A stretch of DNA of 64,000 nucleotides. Source: Callorhinchus milii (lineage: Eukaryota). The notes beneath the pieces are model-generated. The model was not told the origin of the DNA, did not search any database, and worked only from the letters and a program-made list of their open reading frames with translations. The stretch spans positions 51,028,001 to 51,092,000 of the forward strand of contig NW_024704742.1 of assembly GCF_018977255.1 (NCBI RefSeq), in the 5' to 3' direction. Every line of letters begins with the position of its first letter. Position 1 is the stretch's first letter. Below are positions 1-14,083 of this stretch, piece by piece. Position numbers and translations under genes: made by a program.

Positions 1-1447
1 GTGGTGGCTTGTTTACTGCAGCTGAGTTTTTGTTGCTGGGCTCTTTTGCTTTGGCGTTTAGCTATGGAGCTTACAGTGGCTGAGGGCTCTTAAGTAAACT
101 AAATGTTGCCATTACAGTAATCCTTCATTATAATGTGGGCCATTAGCTTTTAATATAGCCTCATAAAACACCCACTGATTCCAAAGGTAAACCTTCTCAC
201 CATTCACAATAACAAAAGCATCATAATTTAGTTGTTAAAATCCATAAAGGACTTCAAACCTTTCACTTCCCAAGAAAACATGTTCCTCTTTCATCTGGCT
301 CAATCTTTAATTGAATTCCTCTTTGCTGTTTTTNCATTCACAAATGAAACTGCTCAATTTTTTTTTTGATTTGGCACAATTATTTTTGGGTTTATATTGT
401 GATTTTTTTTGAAAAGTGTGCATCTACGATTTTTTCTGACCGTTCCCTTGTACTTTAATATTCTATTGTAGTTGTCCTTGTACTTCCTACATTCACTGTC
501 CGATTGGCACTTTCATGATATTTCATGACCCATCTTCCAATAAAAACGCACATCTTTGAAAATTATTCATGATTATCTTATAATCGTCGCTTTCAACAAT
601 GTTTTTATATATATACATATACTATATTGATAATTTAGCAGACTTTGTGGAATCTTATATCCTTAAATATTTAATATAGATTTTGATCAGTCTCCTTGCT
701 GTGAGACATTCTTGTAGCGAAGTGTGGAAAATGGTCAGATAAAATTTCAAGTTGTAAACTAATAGTACATTATAAATTATTTCAAATTTTTTTTGAGAAG
801 TATCAGTTAAGTGTAGACTTTTTTAGCTGTAGAAGGAAGTAGAGATGCAAAATTTGATCTCCATGAAGGCAAAGTAACTGCTTTTTGAAAGGAACGATGG
901 GGAATACTTTGAACATTTGGAATCTCCACCCCCCCAGCTTTCCTTTTTTAAATATTAATTACATCAAGATTTGAATTATTTACCAGTATGTACAGTCCAT
1001 CTGGGTGTTCAGATTGTGTTCCATTAAAAAGTAAAATGTAAGTGGAATTATATTAAACCTATTGAATCAGGCTACCCTAAATAATTGGTAAATTTGACCA
1101 AGAAGGGTTGGCTGAATTCTCAAGGAATGAAAATCCTAGTATTGATTAAAATGTACTGATCCCATAAACCTGTTTTCACATTAACTCAGCAATAATAGCA
1201 AACACAGATTTCAGTATTCTTTTCACCTCACATTCATATTTGCATATCGGTCTTTTTTTTCCTTGACGAAATTTTGTGTGTGTTTACTTTGGTACATACA
1301 CGCTTGAAGTTGTAATGAGAGCTTAATGTGATTTGTAATTGTTTCAGCACTTGGGGTTCTACACAGTTCCTTTTGCATGGCCCATCTATCTTTTCCTTAA
1401 TTCACAAAAATTAAACGGTTTATAAAAATATGTTGTTTTGTCTACAG

Positions 1448-1525
1448 CTCAGAAAAAGCAACCATATTCTTGCAACACATTTCAGAATACCAAACTCTAT
1501 ATTCATAACCGAGCTGCCCAAAGAG
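1448..1525 (+). CDS. SLAIN2: SLAIN2 putative 78-nt cassette exon (xQKKQPYSCNTFQNTKLYIHNRAAQR)
   Basis: Acceptor ttttgtctacag, donor GAG|gtaat. 78 nt, phase 1-1, stop-free; the final G joins TA at 3931 to give Val in frame with the next exon. Upstream TGCATG at 1374-1379. Confidence 0.65.
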
Positions 1526-3930
1526 GTAATCTACAATTGATTGCACTCCTAAATATGGATACGAGTGAAATCCAATAAGCTGTCTTCAAGATGACTGGTA
1601 TTTTTATTTTGGAAATCATTCCTAGAAATGACAGTCCTTTATGCATCAAGCATATACTAGTCAGTAAGGTGGTAGTACATAATTTGTTCGTATGTATTAA
1701 TCTCTCATCAGTAAAAATCCAGTAGATCTACAATAATCCTATTTCATATAGTCTAATGTTGAATTTCCCAAAGACAGTATAGTTGTACACAAACTCGGCA
1801 GCCAATTTGAGCAAAGCAATATGCCACAATAGTGCTGGAGTGAATAATCTCCATTATTACATTGGAGTTTCATCTTAGACATCATGAGTTTGTCCCGACG
1901 GATGATTAAACCCATAAGCTTCTGACTTAAAGCCGAGAGTGCTCCTAACTGAGCCAAGCTGACACAGTTTCTAAGTAATAGTTCAATTAACCAAAGTCAA
2001 AATTTATTTGTTGGTTGATTTGTGGCCACTTAACTTGGCATCACTGAATTATTATCCATTTTTATCAATATCAACCACCTAGATACCACCCTTTTGGATG
2101 TCCCTTGCCCATTATTCCTGCTATCACCTTAAAGAAATGGCATTCCCACCCTTTTCCTTGATCATGAATATTTCTTTAACTCAGCGAACCTCATTTATTC
2201 TGGACCTCATTCTCTCCAAAAAGATGACTCTCTCTATGGTACATTTTATCTTTTTGTGAAGAATAGAGTTGCCTCTGGGCTGCAACTCTCATGGTGCTCA
2301 GTTAATGAATAATTGGGTATTCAACACAAAGGGAATGGAAGACTGAAGTTAGCCATTCTTGTTGTATTTCCTGGTCTGAATCATTTGGTATTCTATTCTT
2401 ATAAGATTGAAAGGGGTTTACTTTGCAACCTGTCAATCAGTGTTACAATATTCTGTCACGACGTGGCTATGGGCTTGTAGAACAATTAAGTTCCAGACCA
2501 TACAGTACAGTCGGGCTTTCTTCAGGATTTCACGAAGCTTTCCAGGCTACTCTGTATCACAGCATTGATTATCTACGCACAAACCTGTGTAGCTGAGGAA
2601 AATTTGCTGTCTTCATATGGTAGAGATGGATGAGCAATAGTGCAGTTGATCTGCTTGAGTTCTTCAGTTTCACTTCAAACCCCTGAATTCCTTCTGTAAG
2701 TGTTTCTTAGATGAACAATTTAAAAATGCAGAGCATTCTGGGGTAACTTGGCTTGTTAGAGTAGAAATAAGTAGCATAGTCTTGAGCCTTGAGTGTTGTA
2801 CTTATTTTTTTAAGATAGTCCTTTACAAACTTTTGGTGATGGTGACTTTATGGGCCAATGTTTTTGTACAAAACCAGTTTTGTAAAAGTTTGTTTTTACA
2901 AAATTACATATTCTAAAACAGTAAGTTGATAAAACAAGTTCCATATTTCTTTTGTATCCAGCAGTACCAAATTACAACTTGGCAGAGATTTCAGTGAGTG
3001 AGACGATCCACTTTGGCAAGTGAGGCAAGATTCTCCAGGAATGGGGGGGGAAAAAATACAAATACAGATTGGAGTACATGTTTCTTATCCTTATTCTATG
3101 AGGGGATATAATGTGGGTTTTCCATGGATTATTTTAGGAGAGAAAGATTTACCTTAGTTACAGGAATTATCTTGATAGTTTCACATATTCAGTAAAACTT
3201 GTCAAGCTAGAAAGTATCAATTGTAGACTGACATTTTTGACTCAACAATTGCTGCTCAGAAAGCTAAACTCTATACTCCCTGTTACAAAGATTTACAAAG
3301 AACGTACAGCACGGAAACAAGCCATTCGGCTCAACCAGTCTGTGGTGTTTATACTCTATGTGAGTCTCCACTCACTTCTGATATAGCATTCTGTTCTCAT
3401 CAGTGGGAATAATGGAAAATCATCACTTAGCATAATAATACCTTTTATTGTTTAAACAGCTCCCAGTGGAATGTTTTTAATGTAGCAGTACTTTTCCATG
3501 TTGCTTCAAAGGAATATTATTCTCTGCACCTTAGACCAATGGAATTAATTTCCTACAGCACGTGTGTTTTTTTTTTAACGTTTGCAATATGTAATGCTAG
3601 TACATTGGGTAATTTTATTTCATACTTTTAAGATATTTATTTCAGAAAATGTACTCCGTTTATTGAAACAAACGTGCATGTTTTCCAATACGTTTCTCAA
3701 AATAGCTATTTCTGCAGAATAGGAATGAAGCAACTTTAAGTATATGCTGCAATGATGGAATGCGTAATATACTTACATTGTATATTTGTGTATGTCTGCT
3801 GCTTAGGTTATCATTCTGAAGATGTGCTTTCTTGAATAGTATTACAGGAATGCTAATATTCAAGGTCTTGGTACAAAGTGTGTAAAGTAATCTGAAATGA
3901 AAAATTTGAAACTTTTTCTTTCTTTTGCAG

Positions 3931-4204
3931 TACCTTCTCCAAGTAAACTCAGACTGCCTACAGGGCCATCTCCACTAGCTCTCCGACAACCTCTAAAAGC
4001 TGTGGTAAACCCAGGGCCGGTCTCTACCAGTTCTGTTCCTGGACCTGCTTCTGTTCAGTCTGCCGGTTCTCCAAGTCATACGGCATCAGGTATCGCTAGC
4101 CCTAGTAAAGGTACAGCAGTGCGAAGTGGCTTGCCAAGACCTAGTGCCTCTTCTACTGGGGGAATACCAGTGCCTCGGAGTAAGCTTGCACAGCCTGTTA
4201 GAAG
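3931..4204 (+). CDS. SLAIN2: SLAIN2 penultimate coding exon (Ser/Pro-rich, SxIP-like motifs SGLP and GGIP)
   Basis: tcttttgcag acceptor, AG|gtaag donor; peptide [10 protein letters not shown]...RSGLPRPS...[16 protein letters not shown] resembles the SLAIN2 C-terminal region. Confidence 0.92.
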
Positions 4205-5450
4205 GTAAGAGGATATAGCAACAAAGACCTGGTCTTCAGGAAACCCATCTTACCAGTCTGCCGAATAGGGGAGAACGAATAGAATGCTAGTCAACTGCAA
4301 AAGGGAATGAGAGGGAACGTTTAGACACAATACAATGCTTTTTTAGTCTCTATTCATTATCTATTAGTTTTTTTTAAATAAATAAATTTTTTAACAGGGT
4401 TACAAATAGAAACTGCAACCTGCCCATATGTTTAGGATAAATCGAGGGAAGGGTGAAGTTTGCTCTTTAAGTGAAGGATGACATTGCATGGAAATAGAAT
4501 ACCTTTTCTCCACTTGTTAGTGTAAGCCTTGAGCACAGTTAAGTCGGCATATTTACAGCTAGGTCCAGTGCAAAGTTTAATAATAATAATCCTTGGGTTT
4601 AATATATTTCCTTATCAAGTCATTGCGATGTCTCAAAGAATGAAAATTGTAAAGTGGATTAGTTGTGTATTTTGCACTGATATTCCACAATAAGTCCTTT
4701 AAGTTTTTCAGAAGGGAAGCCGTACTGCATCCACTCATGCATCAGCATGAATGGTTCCACTTCTCACACCAGCCAACCCTATGAGTAAGATTGCCAACAT
4801 ACACAACGTTTTTCTAATGTGAATCATATCCATTAGATACAGGATTGCGACTGCTCAAATATATTCTTTTCATAATAGATTGTATAGTTGACAAATACAG
4901 GATGTATTTTATCCCATTTGTCTGATCTGAATTGAAACCTGGCTCTCAGGATGGAAAGGTATTTGCAGTGTTTCTCTGTTTATCACAAAATGTGTGCAGG
5001 ACAATTTACAGGCTTGTTAGTGTTACAAACGGTTAAATCAGTTTCATTCCATTTTCCAAACGAAGGAAGCCAGGACTTTTTTGTCAGAGAGGGCTCTGTG
5101 ATAGACTTATCTTTGTTGTTGAAATGAAACTCTTACTTCACGAAACTTATATTAACTGTTGAAGTGTTGACTGCTATGACTTATGTGAGTTCTATTATAG
5201 TATTATTGAAGAAGGGCTGCATGGGCAAGATACCCATGGAACACTGCTCATTTATTGTATTGCAACTCAAATGTGGTTTGTTTTAACTCAATAACATTCT
5301 TTGCCATTCTAAAGCACTGTACACTTTGTTTTATGCATTTTCACTTTATAATGGTTCATAGTAAAATTGAAATGCAGAAGAAATTGGCCATCCTGTCAAA
5401 TAGCAACCAAAAGTGAAGTGTAAACCTTTTCCTGTTCAATTGGTTCTCAG

Positions 5451-5517
5451 ATCATTGCCAGCTCCGAAGACTTACAGCAGCATTAGAGACGAAAGCTGGA
5501 AAGATGGCTGCTACTAA
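5451..5517 (+). CDS. SLAIN2: SLAIN2 last coding exon ([22 protein letters not shown])
   Basis: ttctcag acceptor, phase-2 continuation; WKDGCY* is the characteristic SLAIN C-terminus; TAA at 5515-5517. Confidence 0.95.
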
Positions 5518-8400
5518 ACTGATTACAGTGAACCAACCATCTGAGATTTGCGGCGCTACTGTTCCCCAAGCTAAAGAACTTACTTTGACTGTTTGGAAAA
5601 AAATTAGCAGGATTTGACAAATTCCATTTCTCTGTCATAAATCAGCACAAATTGGCAGAGATCGTGGAGAAGCACTTTATTGACATTACACATCAGATTT
5701 TTCATACTTGTACAATCAGTTTTTCCATATCCAAGTGCATTGTTTTATGGTAATAAGCAATTTAAGTCATTTAGTACAAAAAGACAGAAACCTAGACATA
5801 ACCCCAAAAAATGCCAAAGAGGGGGAAACAGACAATGGTGAGAGAATGGATAACTGATGTTGTAGCAGACTTTGGGAATTGACAACTCAAACTGTGAGAT
5901 TACTTATGGAAGCCTGTTTTGTACAATCAATTATTGTCGTGTTGATAAATTTTGTACTCCTGAAGTAGGACAAGGCACAATTCCAGTTGTAAAGGGGAAA
6001 ATGTAAAGGCATCGTAATCTACAATCCAAATGTAACCTGACAATGTACAGTAGAAAAACAGAAGCCCTCAATTGTTTTTGGCAGGAATGCTTTCATGAGC
6101 AATGTGTAAAGCAGATTACATACAACCGTGTATTTTGTTTGTGCGCAACTTTTCTAAAGTGAAAAGCAAATTGGTATTTTTTTTAAATTAAAGTCAATTT
6201 TTCATCATGGTATCAATGGTAGTAACCTATTATCCTAGTAATGACATTAGTACCAGATTTCACTAATTTATTGCAGTTTTACACACAATGTCAATTTGCA
6301 GCAGTATGTTGTTTTTCGAATGTATTTTAATGAAATGAATGAATTTCTGGTGAGCACTGGGATTGTGTCCTGTGATACACATTGAACATTTTTGACACGT
6401 TGTTTGCGAAATGTATGTTGTAACCTGAATGGTGCTCCGTGCATTCAAAATGCTGTAGGGAAGTGGCTTTAAGTTGGAAAATTGAATATATTGGAAGTCT
6501 TTTTGTAAATTAAACACTTTGTTTAACCATTTGCCCATACCAAGGGAGGAAAATTCATTGAAGTAAAAGGTTTGTTGGGGAAAATATTTCTGGTATCAGT
6601 TTATGCGAGTTTGAACATTTTTCTCTTTTTTTAATGCCAAAGGGCTTAGTGTTAAGCAAGTTTTATTCAGTAGCTCCATACCGTACAACACTGGCTCAGG
6701 AAAGAGTGGCTTTAATCTACAGCCAAGATTTCTGCATGCACCTCAAATAGGAGATTTAGCTTTTATATTGTATTTCTTTAATAGATAGTCAGTGAGGACT
6801 TAGTCCAGTTAAAGTTATAATCTGATCACACCACAGTGCTTACAACATAAAATAGGACATAGGTCTCTTAAGACTATGCACTCATATCCTCTTATACAAA
6901 TGCACTTGCCTAGAGCTGTTTGACAAATGCTACAGCCTGGTGGGTGTTATTCAATGATTATTGTTCAAGAATGTCACTACAGTTCATTTATAGTCATTTG
7001 AATGAAAGTTTACAATTAAGTGTATTTACATACTACTGCAGGGACTTGTATGTTCAAAGTTTGTCACTTTGTGAATGTGACCACAAGATAGAGGTTCATG
7101 CAGCTAGTCGGTGGTAGGGGAGGAGGCAGGAATGAGGCCACATTTCTTGGCTTTATTTTTGAAAAACTTTGATTTTACAGAAAATATTCCTCGCAAATTT
7201 TAAAAAAATTCCCATAATAGTGTTCAAATGTAACAACCAGCTATGTATTCAAACTTTACACCAGAAGTACCACTCTCCTGTTACTGATCAAAAATGATAA
7301 ATTTGAAACACTGAATCCCTCGGCCCTTAGTTTAATGGGTTGTGAAAAAAGTTCTAATAAAAATGAAGACAGTACTGCGAGTATTTATTTACTACCAAAC
7401 ATTATATTTAAATATGCACATGTAATGGTGATTGCTGCAGTTCTTGCGCTCTGACTGAATATTGGCCTAAACAGCAGGTTTGTTATACTTTTCAAGTGTT
7501 ACCTTTTCATATCTAAAAGAGTAGTCTTCATAATGAGTGATGTAATTTCTAATAAAAAATTTGGCTTTGTATCGCAATATTGGGAGATGTATGCTGTAAA
7601 CTAAACAGCCATTTTTTTAAAAAAAAGTTGGGTTTAGTCCTTTACATAGGGTATTGTACACTCAGAGAGCTTTGTCTTCAGAGACTTACTGTGGAAGTGC
7701 AAAAAATGAAATACAAGAAAAATTTCAAATGATACTTGGATTTGGGATTGAATATATTTGAATTAGGCCTCTTTCTCTCACCCCCACCCACCCACCACCA
7801 TCATGTGAAAACCTTGGATAATCTTACTTAAAATACGCAACAGTAACATTTTTGTCTTATTTCATGATTACACCATTAGATTTTGTTTTCTGAAAACCTA
7901 TTTTAACATGTGTACACACACTTTGTAAAGGCACTTATGCATTGCAGTACTGTGATTCAACAAAAAAAAAGCCTCACTTTAAGAATAAAATGATCAGTAA
8001 AATTAAAATCGTCTCCCCGCTGTGATTTTGTGAAACTGTCAGATAATCAACAATTTGACATAATTAAACATTAAACTCAATCATTATGGGCAAAATAAAC
8101 CTGATACACTATGGGAAGTGTGGAATTGTTACTTTTATATATTAAAATAGTGCCTAATTTAAATTACTTCATTTTTGAGGTGGTTACACTTTTGGTTGTT
8201 GAATGTACGTCAACTTTTTGTGCCAATTGCTTGGAGTAGACACGTAAATAAATGGTTGTCTTCAAGTCTAGCTTTGAATATTTAATTTTTTGCTCTGCCA
8301 TGTAACTTTTTTTGTAAATGTGTTCACGGACTTGTTTTAAAAAAAATTGCAAGAATTACCTCTTGTTTAAAAAATAAACAGTTCTTGACATTTTTGAAAC
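5518..8400 (+). other. SLAIN2: SLAIN2 long AU-rich 3' UTR
   Basis: AT-rich stretch after the stop with no recognisable repeats; AATAAA at 8373-8378 followed by a GT/T-rich tract; repeats resume at about 8520. Confidence 0.65.
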
Positions 8401-8979
8401 CAGTTTCCGCTTTGTTTTGTATATGAAACTGAATGTACATTTACATTTAAACAAAGCAAGATTTTAGACAGTTGGTTTAGAATTGTTCCTGTACATTTTC
8501 CAAAGCACAAACTCATCAAAAGGAAAACGATAACCAGTTAATAATCCATGCATTTAATTAATCCTTACCTTTGATAAAGCAGCTTCATGTCAAGAGGTCA
8601 TCTCAAAGTGCTTCATGGTATTTAATGTGAATACTGTCTCCTACTCTCACAAGTCCCCCGGTACACCAGCCACAAACCCTCAAGCTACAGGTAGATGCCA
8701 CTGAATGCATCTAGCACAAATTCAATCCAATCTAGCTGTATACCTGGACCGCTTCAAAACCTACTGCTCTGCCTTTGCCTCAACTAAATTGTCCTGCTCC
8801 AAGATCATCCTGAAGGCCAAAGATAACCCCAGGTTCCTCTTCACTACAAAAAACTACACCTCTGCCCACTTTCACGCACCTTGCCTATCCTCTCCTCCAA
8901 CTCCAAATGTGAGGTGATAATGGACATCCTTGAGTCCAAATTGAGGAATTTTTTTGGATCACCTTGGGGTATCACATAC

Positions 8980-9350
8980 ATGGAAACCCATCACCATGCT
9001 TAAGAGTATCCAAACCAAGCTGAGATTTCCATGCATCTCACCCACACTTGGAAATTTCAGAGATAGATTGTTGGAATGGAATGGTACGCACACTCTCCCT
9101 GGAGGGATGCTCACCTAATTCCGGGAAGTATTAGGCACAGGTTGGCAAGAGTCGAGGCTTTAGGACCCCAGACTGCGTTGGGGTACCGCAGGAATCTAAC
9201 CAGCTAAAACTGCATAGGATAATCCATATTGCTGTCCGGCAAGATTTCCCCCCTGCTTGTCCAGCTAGGATCACCCTATCCGTTAGGACTTTAGTTTCAG
9301 GGTTAACAGCAGCTGAGTGGGATGACTCGCTGCTCTCAGTGACTGGTTTG
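8980..9350 (+). repeat. Unclassified interspersed repeat family (other copies about 15035-15580 -, 26555-27215 -, 42070-42410 -, 43485-44330 +)
   Basis: Shared motifs ccaaaccaagctgagatttcc, aggttggcaagag, aatctaaccagctaaaac and ctgcttgtccagctagg. Confidence 0.8.
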
Positions 9351-9389
9351 TTCTTTTAGTACCTGCCGATGAGTTTACAGGGTATCCCC

Positions 9390-11150
9390 TCTGCTACCTC
9401 TGCCCTCGTTACCATCTCCACCTCCCGCTCCGGCCTCCACCAATCCCTCCTTCCACACTTTTGATCCCGTCTCCCCCTCCTTTCTCTCACCTCATATTCT
9501 CCCAATTGAAGCCCACCACCCGATTCCTTGACTCCATTCTTAACCCTCTTACCACCTAGCTCCATCTCCTTTCCCCCCTACTAACAGACATCATCAACCT
9601 CTTTCTATCCACTGGTATTATTGCAGCCCCTTAAAAACATCATTACCCCACCCTCAAAAAAACTTCCATCTCTGTTCTGTAACTGCCATCCCATCTCCAA
9701 TCTTTTCCTTCCAAGTTTCTGCTATGAGGCATTGCTACCTAGCTTTGCTCTTTCCTGCTACTGCCTGTTTGAACCCCTCCAATTGTGTTTCTGTGCTGCC
9801 CACAGGACAGAGACAGCCTTAGTCAAACATATAAATGACAATCTGTCCATCTGTGACCAGGGCTCTGTGTCTTAGCTCTTGATCTTGATCTCTCTGCCGC
9901 CTTCAACACTGTTCAACACTGACAGCATCAGCATCCAAGGCTGCACTCTCAACCTCTCAAAGCCGTCAGGAATCTCGGGGTTCTGTTCGACCCTGAGCTG
10001 TCCTTTCTCCCTCATATCCGCTCCACAACTGGCACCGCCTTCCACCACCTCCGGAATATCGCCAGACTACGGCACTACCTCACCCCTCACGCTGCTGAAA
10101 CTCTGGTCCACGCCTTTGTCACCTCAAGGCTGGACTATGGGAACTCTCTCCTCGCCGGCCTTCCCGGCACCTCCCTCCACAAGCTGCAGGTCATTCAGAA
10201 CTCTGCAGCTCGTGTACTGTCCCGCACCAGGCTTCGGGACCACATCACTCCCACCCTCGCTCGCCTCCACTGGCTCCCCATCCCCCAGAGGATCGAATTC
10301 AAGATCCTCATCCTCACCTACAAGGCCATTCTCGGCCTCGCTCCCTCCTACCTCTCCGACCTACTATCCCCCTACTTACCTGCCCGTACCCTCCATTCCT
10401 CTGGCTCCGGTCTGCTCCATCCCCCAGTGCCTTCGCCGCCTCCTCCCTTTCCTCCTTCAAGGCCGGTCTCAAGACCTTTCTCTTTGACCGTGCCTTCAGC
10501 TCCCCTCTCGACTCTCTACCCCCTCCTCGCTCCCTCCCTTCCCTCCCCTCACCCTGACCATTTCCCCCCTCCTCGCTCCCTCCCTTCCCTCCCCTCACCC
10601 TGACCATTTCCCCCCTGCTCGGGTCCTGACCCAACTGTACAGCACCTTGGGACGTCCTCCCGACGTGAAAGGCGCTCTATAAATGGAATCTTGTTGTTGT
10701 TGTTGACCACGCTATTTTTCTGCACCACCTTTCCTCTCAGCTCCACCTTCGTGGTTCTACCTTGTCTGGTTTCACTTTTACCTTTCCCACTGTTTCCATT
10801 TTGTATCCGGTTATGGCATCTCGTCCAGCCCTCGTATATGGTATTCCTCAGGATCCTCTCTTAAATCTTTACATCTGCAGGCATAGGATCAACTTCCACA
10901 TATATGCAGATGACACCCAACTCTTATCTGTTTGCCTCCACCCTCGACTCCAGAATCACTGCTGTCCTGATGGATTGCTTGCCAGACGTTGTTCTGGATG
11001 AGAGCTAACTTTCTCCAATTGAATGTCGACAAGATGGAGGCCCTCCTGCTCACCTCAGGCACTGACAGCCTCACTATTCATTGAGCAACTCTACACCTCA
11101 CCAAACCAGTGTAGAACCTTGGAGTCTTGTTCAACGCTAACAGTGCCCTT
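9390..11150 (+). mobile_element. L2-clade LINE fragments (degraded RT; a younger 3' end with (TTG)n tail to 10705 nested in an older copy)
   Basis: HRTETAL, YADDTQL and SRLDY/NSAAR-type peptides in broken frames; C-rich 3' UTR and tail. Confidence 0.85.
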
Positions 11151-11883
11151 TAGACCTCAAATCTGTGGTAGGTGGTCGGAAGCACGGTCGAAGAGGAAGG
11201 TTTTCATGTGGGACTTGAAAAAGGGGAGAGGGGGGACAAGATGGATGGATTGAGGAAGAAATCCCTTCATAATCCTGAACACTGCAATCAAAGCAGAGAT
11301 AAGGAGACGTCACCCATTTTAACCATTGTGAATTTTTTGCTCAGTTTTCTTGAATATTTGATTTAATTCAATTTGCCAGGATTTCTCTTTCTCCCCGCAA
11401 ATGTTTTTTGTAATTTATTCCACAGATTGCTAGGGGAAGTGAAAATCTATTGAAGGAATCCAGCTGAAAGACTGTTGAGAAGAGGTGGTGCTCTTTAATA
11501 ACCTGAAAAACAGATACTTGCATATGGTCTTTACCTGCAGCTGAAATGCAATTCTATAGCAAAGCATTTCTGTTCTTGTCCAGCAGGTGTCGTTATAGTC
11601 ACATGCTAAACATTATCACCAATGAATTAATTATATCACACATTGGAACTTTTTCCCCATTATATTTTATTGTGGCCATATTTGAATTGCCTTTTGTACA
11701 ATGTTGCTGAACAATGCTTACATGATGCTGATATTATTACATTCATAAGTAGCTTGCATGAATGAGGATGCCTTGCTTAATGAGTTCCTTGTACATTTGT
11801 AAACTGCTGGATCTAACATTGATCTTTAATAGGTACAGAAATTAGCATAATCAAAGCATCGAGATATGGCCGTGTTAGTCTTA

Positions 11884-12065
11884 TCAAGTGGCCTTCCACC
11901 CAGGCCATGTCTTTATTATTTTGTAAAGAGTGTCTCCAGGACAAGCAGTTTTCAAAAACTGCCTGTGGCCCTTCAGGGTGTAGCGGGGGGTTAGATTTTT
12001 TCTGGAAACAGCGTAGGCTATCAGACTCTTGCTAGCATTCAGTGCAAGGTTGTTTGGGGAAGTAT
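11884..12065 (-). CDS. PGRP-A (short amidase-type peptidoglycan recognition protein), last coding exon
   Basis: Minus-strand acceptor ttggttgcag; NTSPNNLALNASKSLIAYAVSRKNLTPRYTLKGHRQFLKTACPGDTLYKIIKTWPGWKAT* carries the PGRP GHR and TxCPG motifs. AATAAA on the minus strand at 11666-11671. Confidence 0.93.
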
Positions 12066-12107
12066 CTGCAACCAAACAGAGACAAGTTATTAGCAAACTG
12101 AATGATA

Positions 12108-12671
12108 TACAGCCTTCCCCACTTAGATCAACATGTCGGGGACCGCTTGACATCTGTAGGACATCGACATAAATTGAAAAATAATGTAGACGCATGCATT
12201 GTGTCTACAAGAAGCTTTAGATGTAGTCATGTTGGCGTTGACCATAATTCAAACAAGGTCTTTAGGTTATCTTACAAGATCTCCAGTACAAGTTTGTCAC
12301 TTTATGTGGCAACTTTTGTCTGGTGTGCAGTTAAAACATAAGGCGGGCTCCTCCAAATTGTAATCCCATGAAATTTCTGGAAGACAGATCTTCTACTTCT
12401 CAAAGTGAGACATGTCGGCAGACTTACCCTCACTGCAAGTTTTGTTACCTTTCTTAAAAATAGGAGCTAAGTGGTAATAATACAATGCATTTAGTACTGT
12501 TAGGGATTTGAAAAATTTGTCATCATAAGCGTGCTGAAATTTATGTTGATGTCGACAAACCTGGTAAGTTCAGTGTTTTCCTATGTAGGGAAAGGACCCG
12601 GACTTCAAATTTTTGTTGACATGAGCGGGATGTCGATATAAACGCGTTCAAGATAAATGGGTAGAACTATA
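12108..12671. mobile_element. Possible old Tigger/pogo-like non-autonomous DNA transposon
   Basis: Degenerate inverted termini tacagccttccccacttagatcaac / gttcaagataaatgggtagaactata. Confidence 0.35.
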
Positions 12672-13964
12672 CTGACTTTTAATTTCATGAGAAGTTCAGA
12701 TATTCAGGACATTCACTACAACAAACAAAAACAAAATGAGATTGTATAGCACCTTTCATGTCCCAAGGCACTGGATAATCAATGTTTCAGACCTGAGTTG
12801 GGGGTCGGGGAAGGTGGATGGCGGGGGGGGAAGGAGGGTGACCGAAGGCACGATCGAAGAGGAGGATCTTGAGATGGTTCTTGAAGGAGGCAAGGGAGGG
12901 GGCGAGGGGCAGGGACTGGATTTCCAGAGGGTGGGAGCAGAGTTGCAGAAAGCCTGCCTGCCACTACTGTACTTCCAGTACATGTTTTTATACATGTATT
13001 CTTGAAAGGATCCCGTTCTCAACCACCCATTCTAATAACCTGTTCGAATGGTTGATTACCCTCTGTGTAAAGAAATATTTCCTGGAGTCTGCCCTAAAAT
13101 TACGATTCACAACTCAGAATGTGGCCTGCTGCCGTGGCTTAAATTAATTGAAAATGCAACAGCAAAACAACACCTCTCAGATAGGGAAGTGTCTCAAATG
13201 GTTTCCTAGGGACAGAAGTGGAACCCCTGGTACGACAATAGAGAAGTGTTCGAAACCTCAGTCTAAGAGATAGTTTATTTAGAATGGTATTGAAAGGAGA
13301 GAGGAAGGGTATAAACAGAAAGATTTAGAGAGAGAGTTCCAGGGAGCGGGGATAAAGAAGCAGAAATCTTGGTCATCAGTGGTAGAGTGCAGTAGATGGG
13401 GAATGTGGTACAGAATATTGTTAACAGAGCGGAGGTGAGGTAGTCAAACCACACAAAATCACAAAGATGGTAGTGAGCAGAGGCATTTGAAGGTCAGAAA
13501 GAGGATCTTAAAGTCAATTGGAAAAAGGAACTAGTGGATCATATAATATAATCCTTGGTTCTGCTGTAGCACATTATTACCTACATTTGATATAATTCCT
13601 TGTCCTTGTATTTGATATTAGCACCTCAACGCATTATTGAGACGTTTCAAAGCGCTTCACAGAATATATTGTAAGGTGTAGTAACTGAATTTTGTGGACA
13701 AGATACTATCTTGATGAAAACAATAGCAAGGATGGGATGATGGGCTCATGGAGCTCAGTACAGCAAATGTTGAAATCTTCACAGTGTTCAGTGATTCCCT
13801 CAAAATGACCATCATTGCTTCACAATCTCCAACCACTTCTATACACAAGGATAAAGTTTAGCCATCCTCTCTAGAGCCTAGATTTCTGCCTTGCTAATCT
13901 CAAAGTCCCAGCCCTTACATTATGGTACAAACTGTATGATAATATGCAAAGAGAATTTACTCAC

Positions 13965-14083
13965 TCATAAAGTTCCCCATGAACGCTATTCCATAGCTAA
14001 TATGGTTGTAGTGAAAAGTGTGGGCTCCCATTTTGTCCCATCCACGACCTTCGTAAATGTTCCCATCTTCACCAATAAGGAAA
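13965..14083 (-). CDS. PGRP-A middle exon ([40 protein letters not shown])
   Basis: 119 nt, ttttattcag acceptor and A|gtgagt donor, phase 2 to 1; classic PGRP FLIGEDGxxYEGRGW..GAHT motif. Confidence 0.95.

Noticed and set aside
9879..10487. 202-aa ORF and similar ORFs at 14368, 22558, 28718, 31584 and 57564
   Set aside because: Frames of degraded L2 retrotransposon sequence, not host genes.
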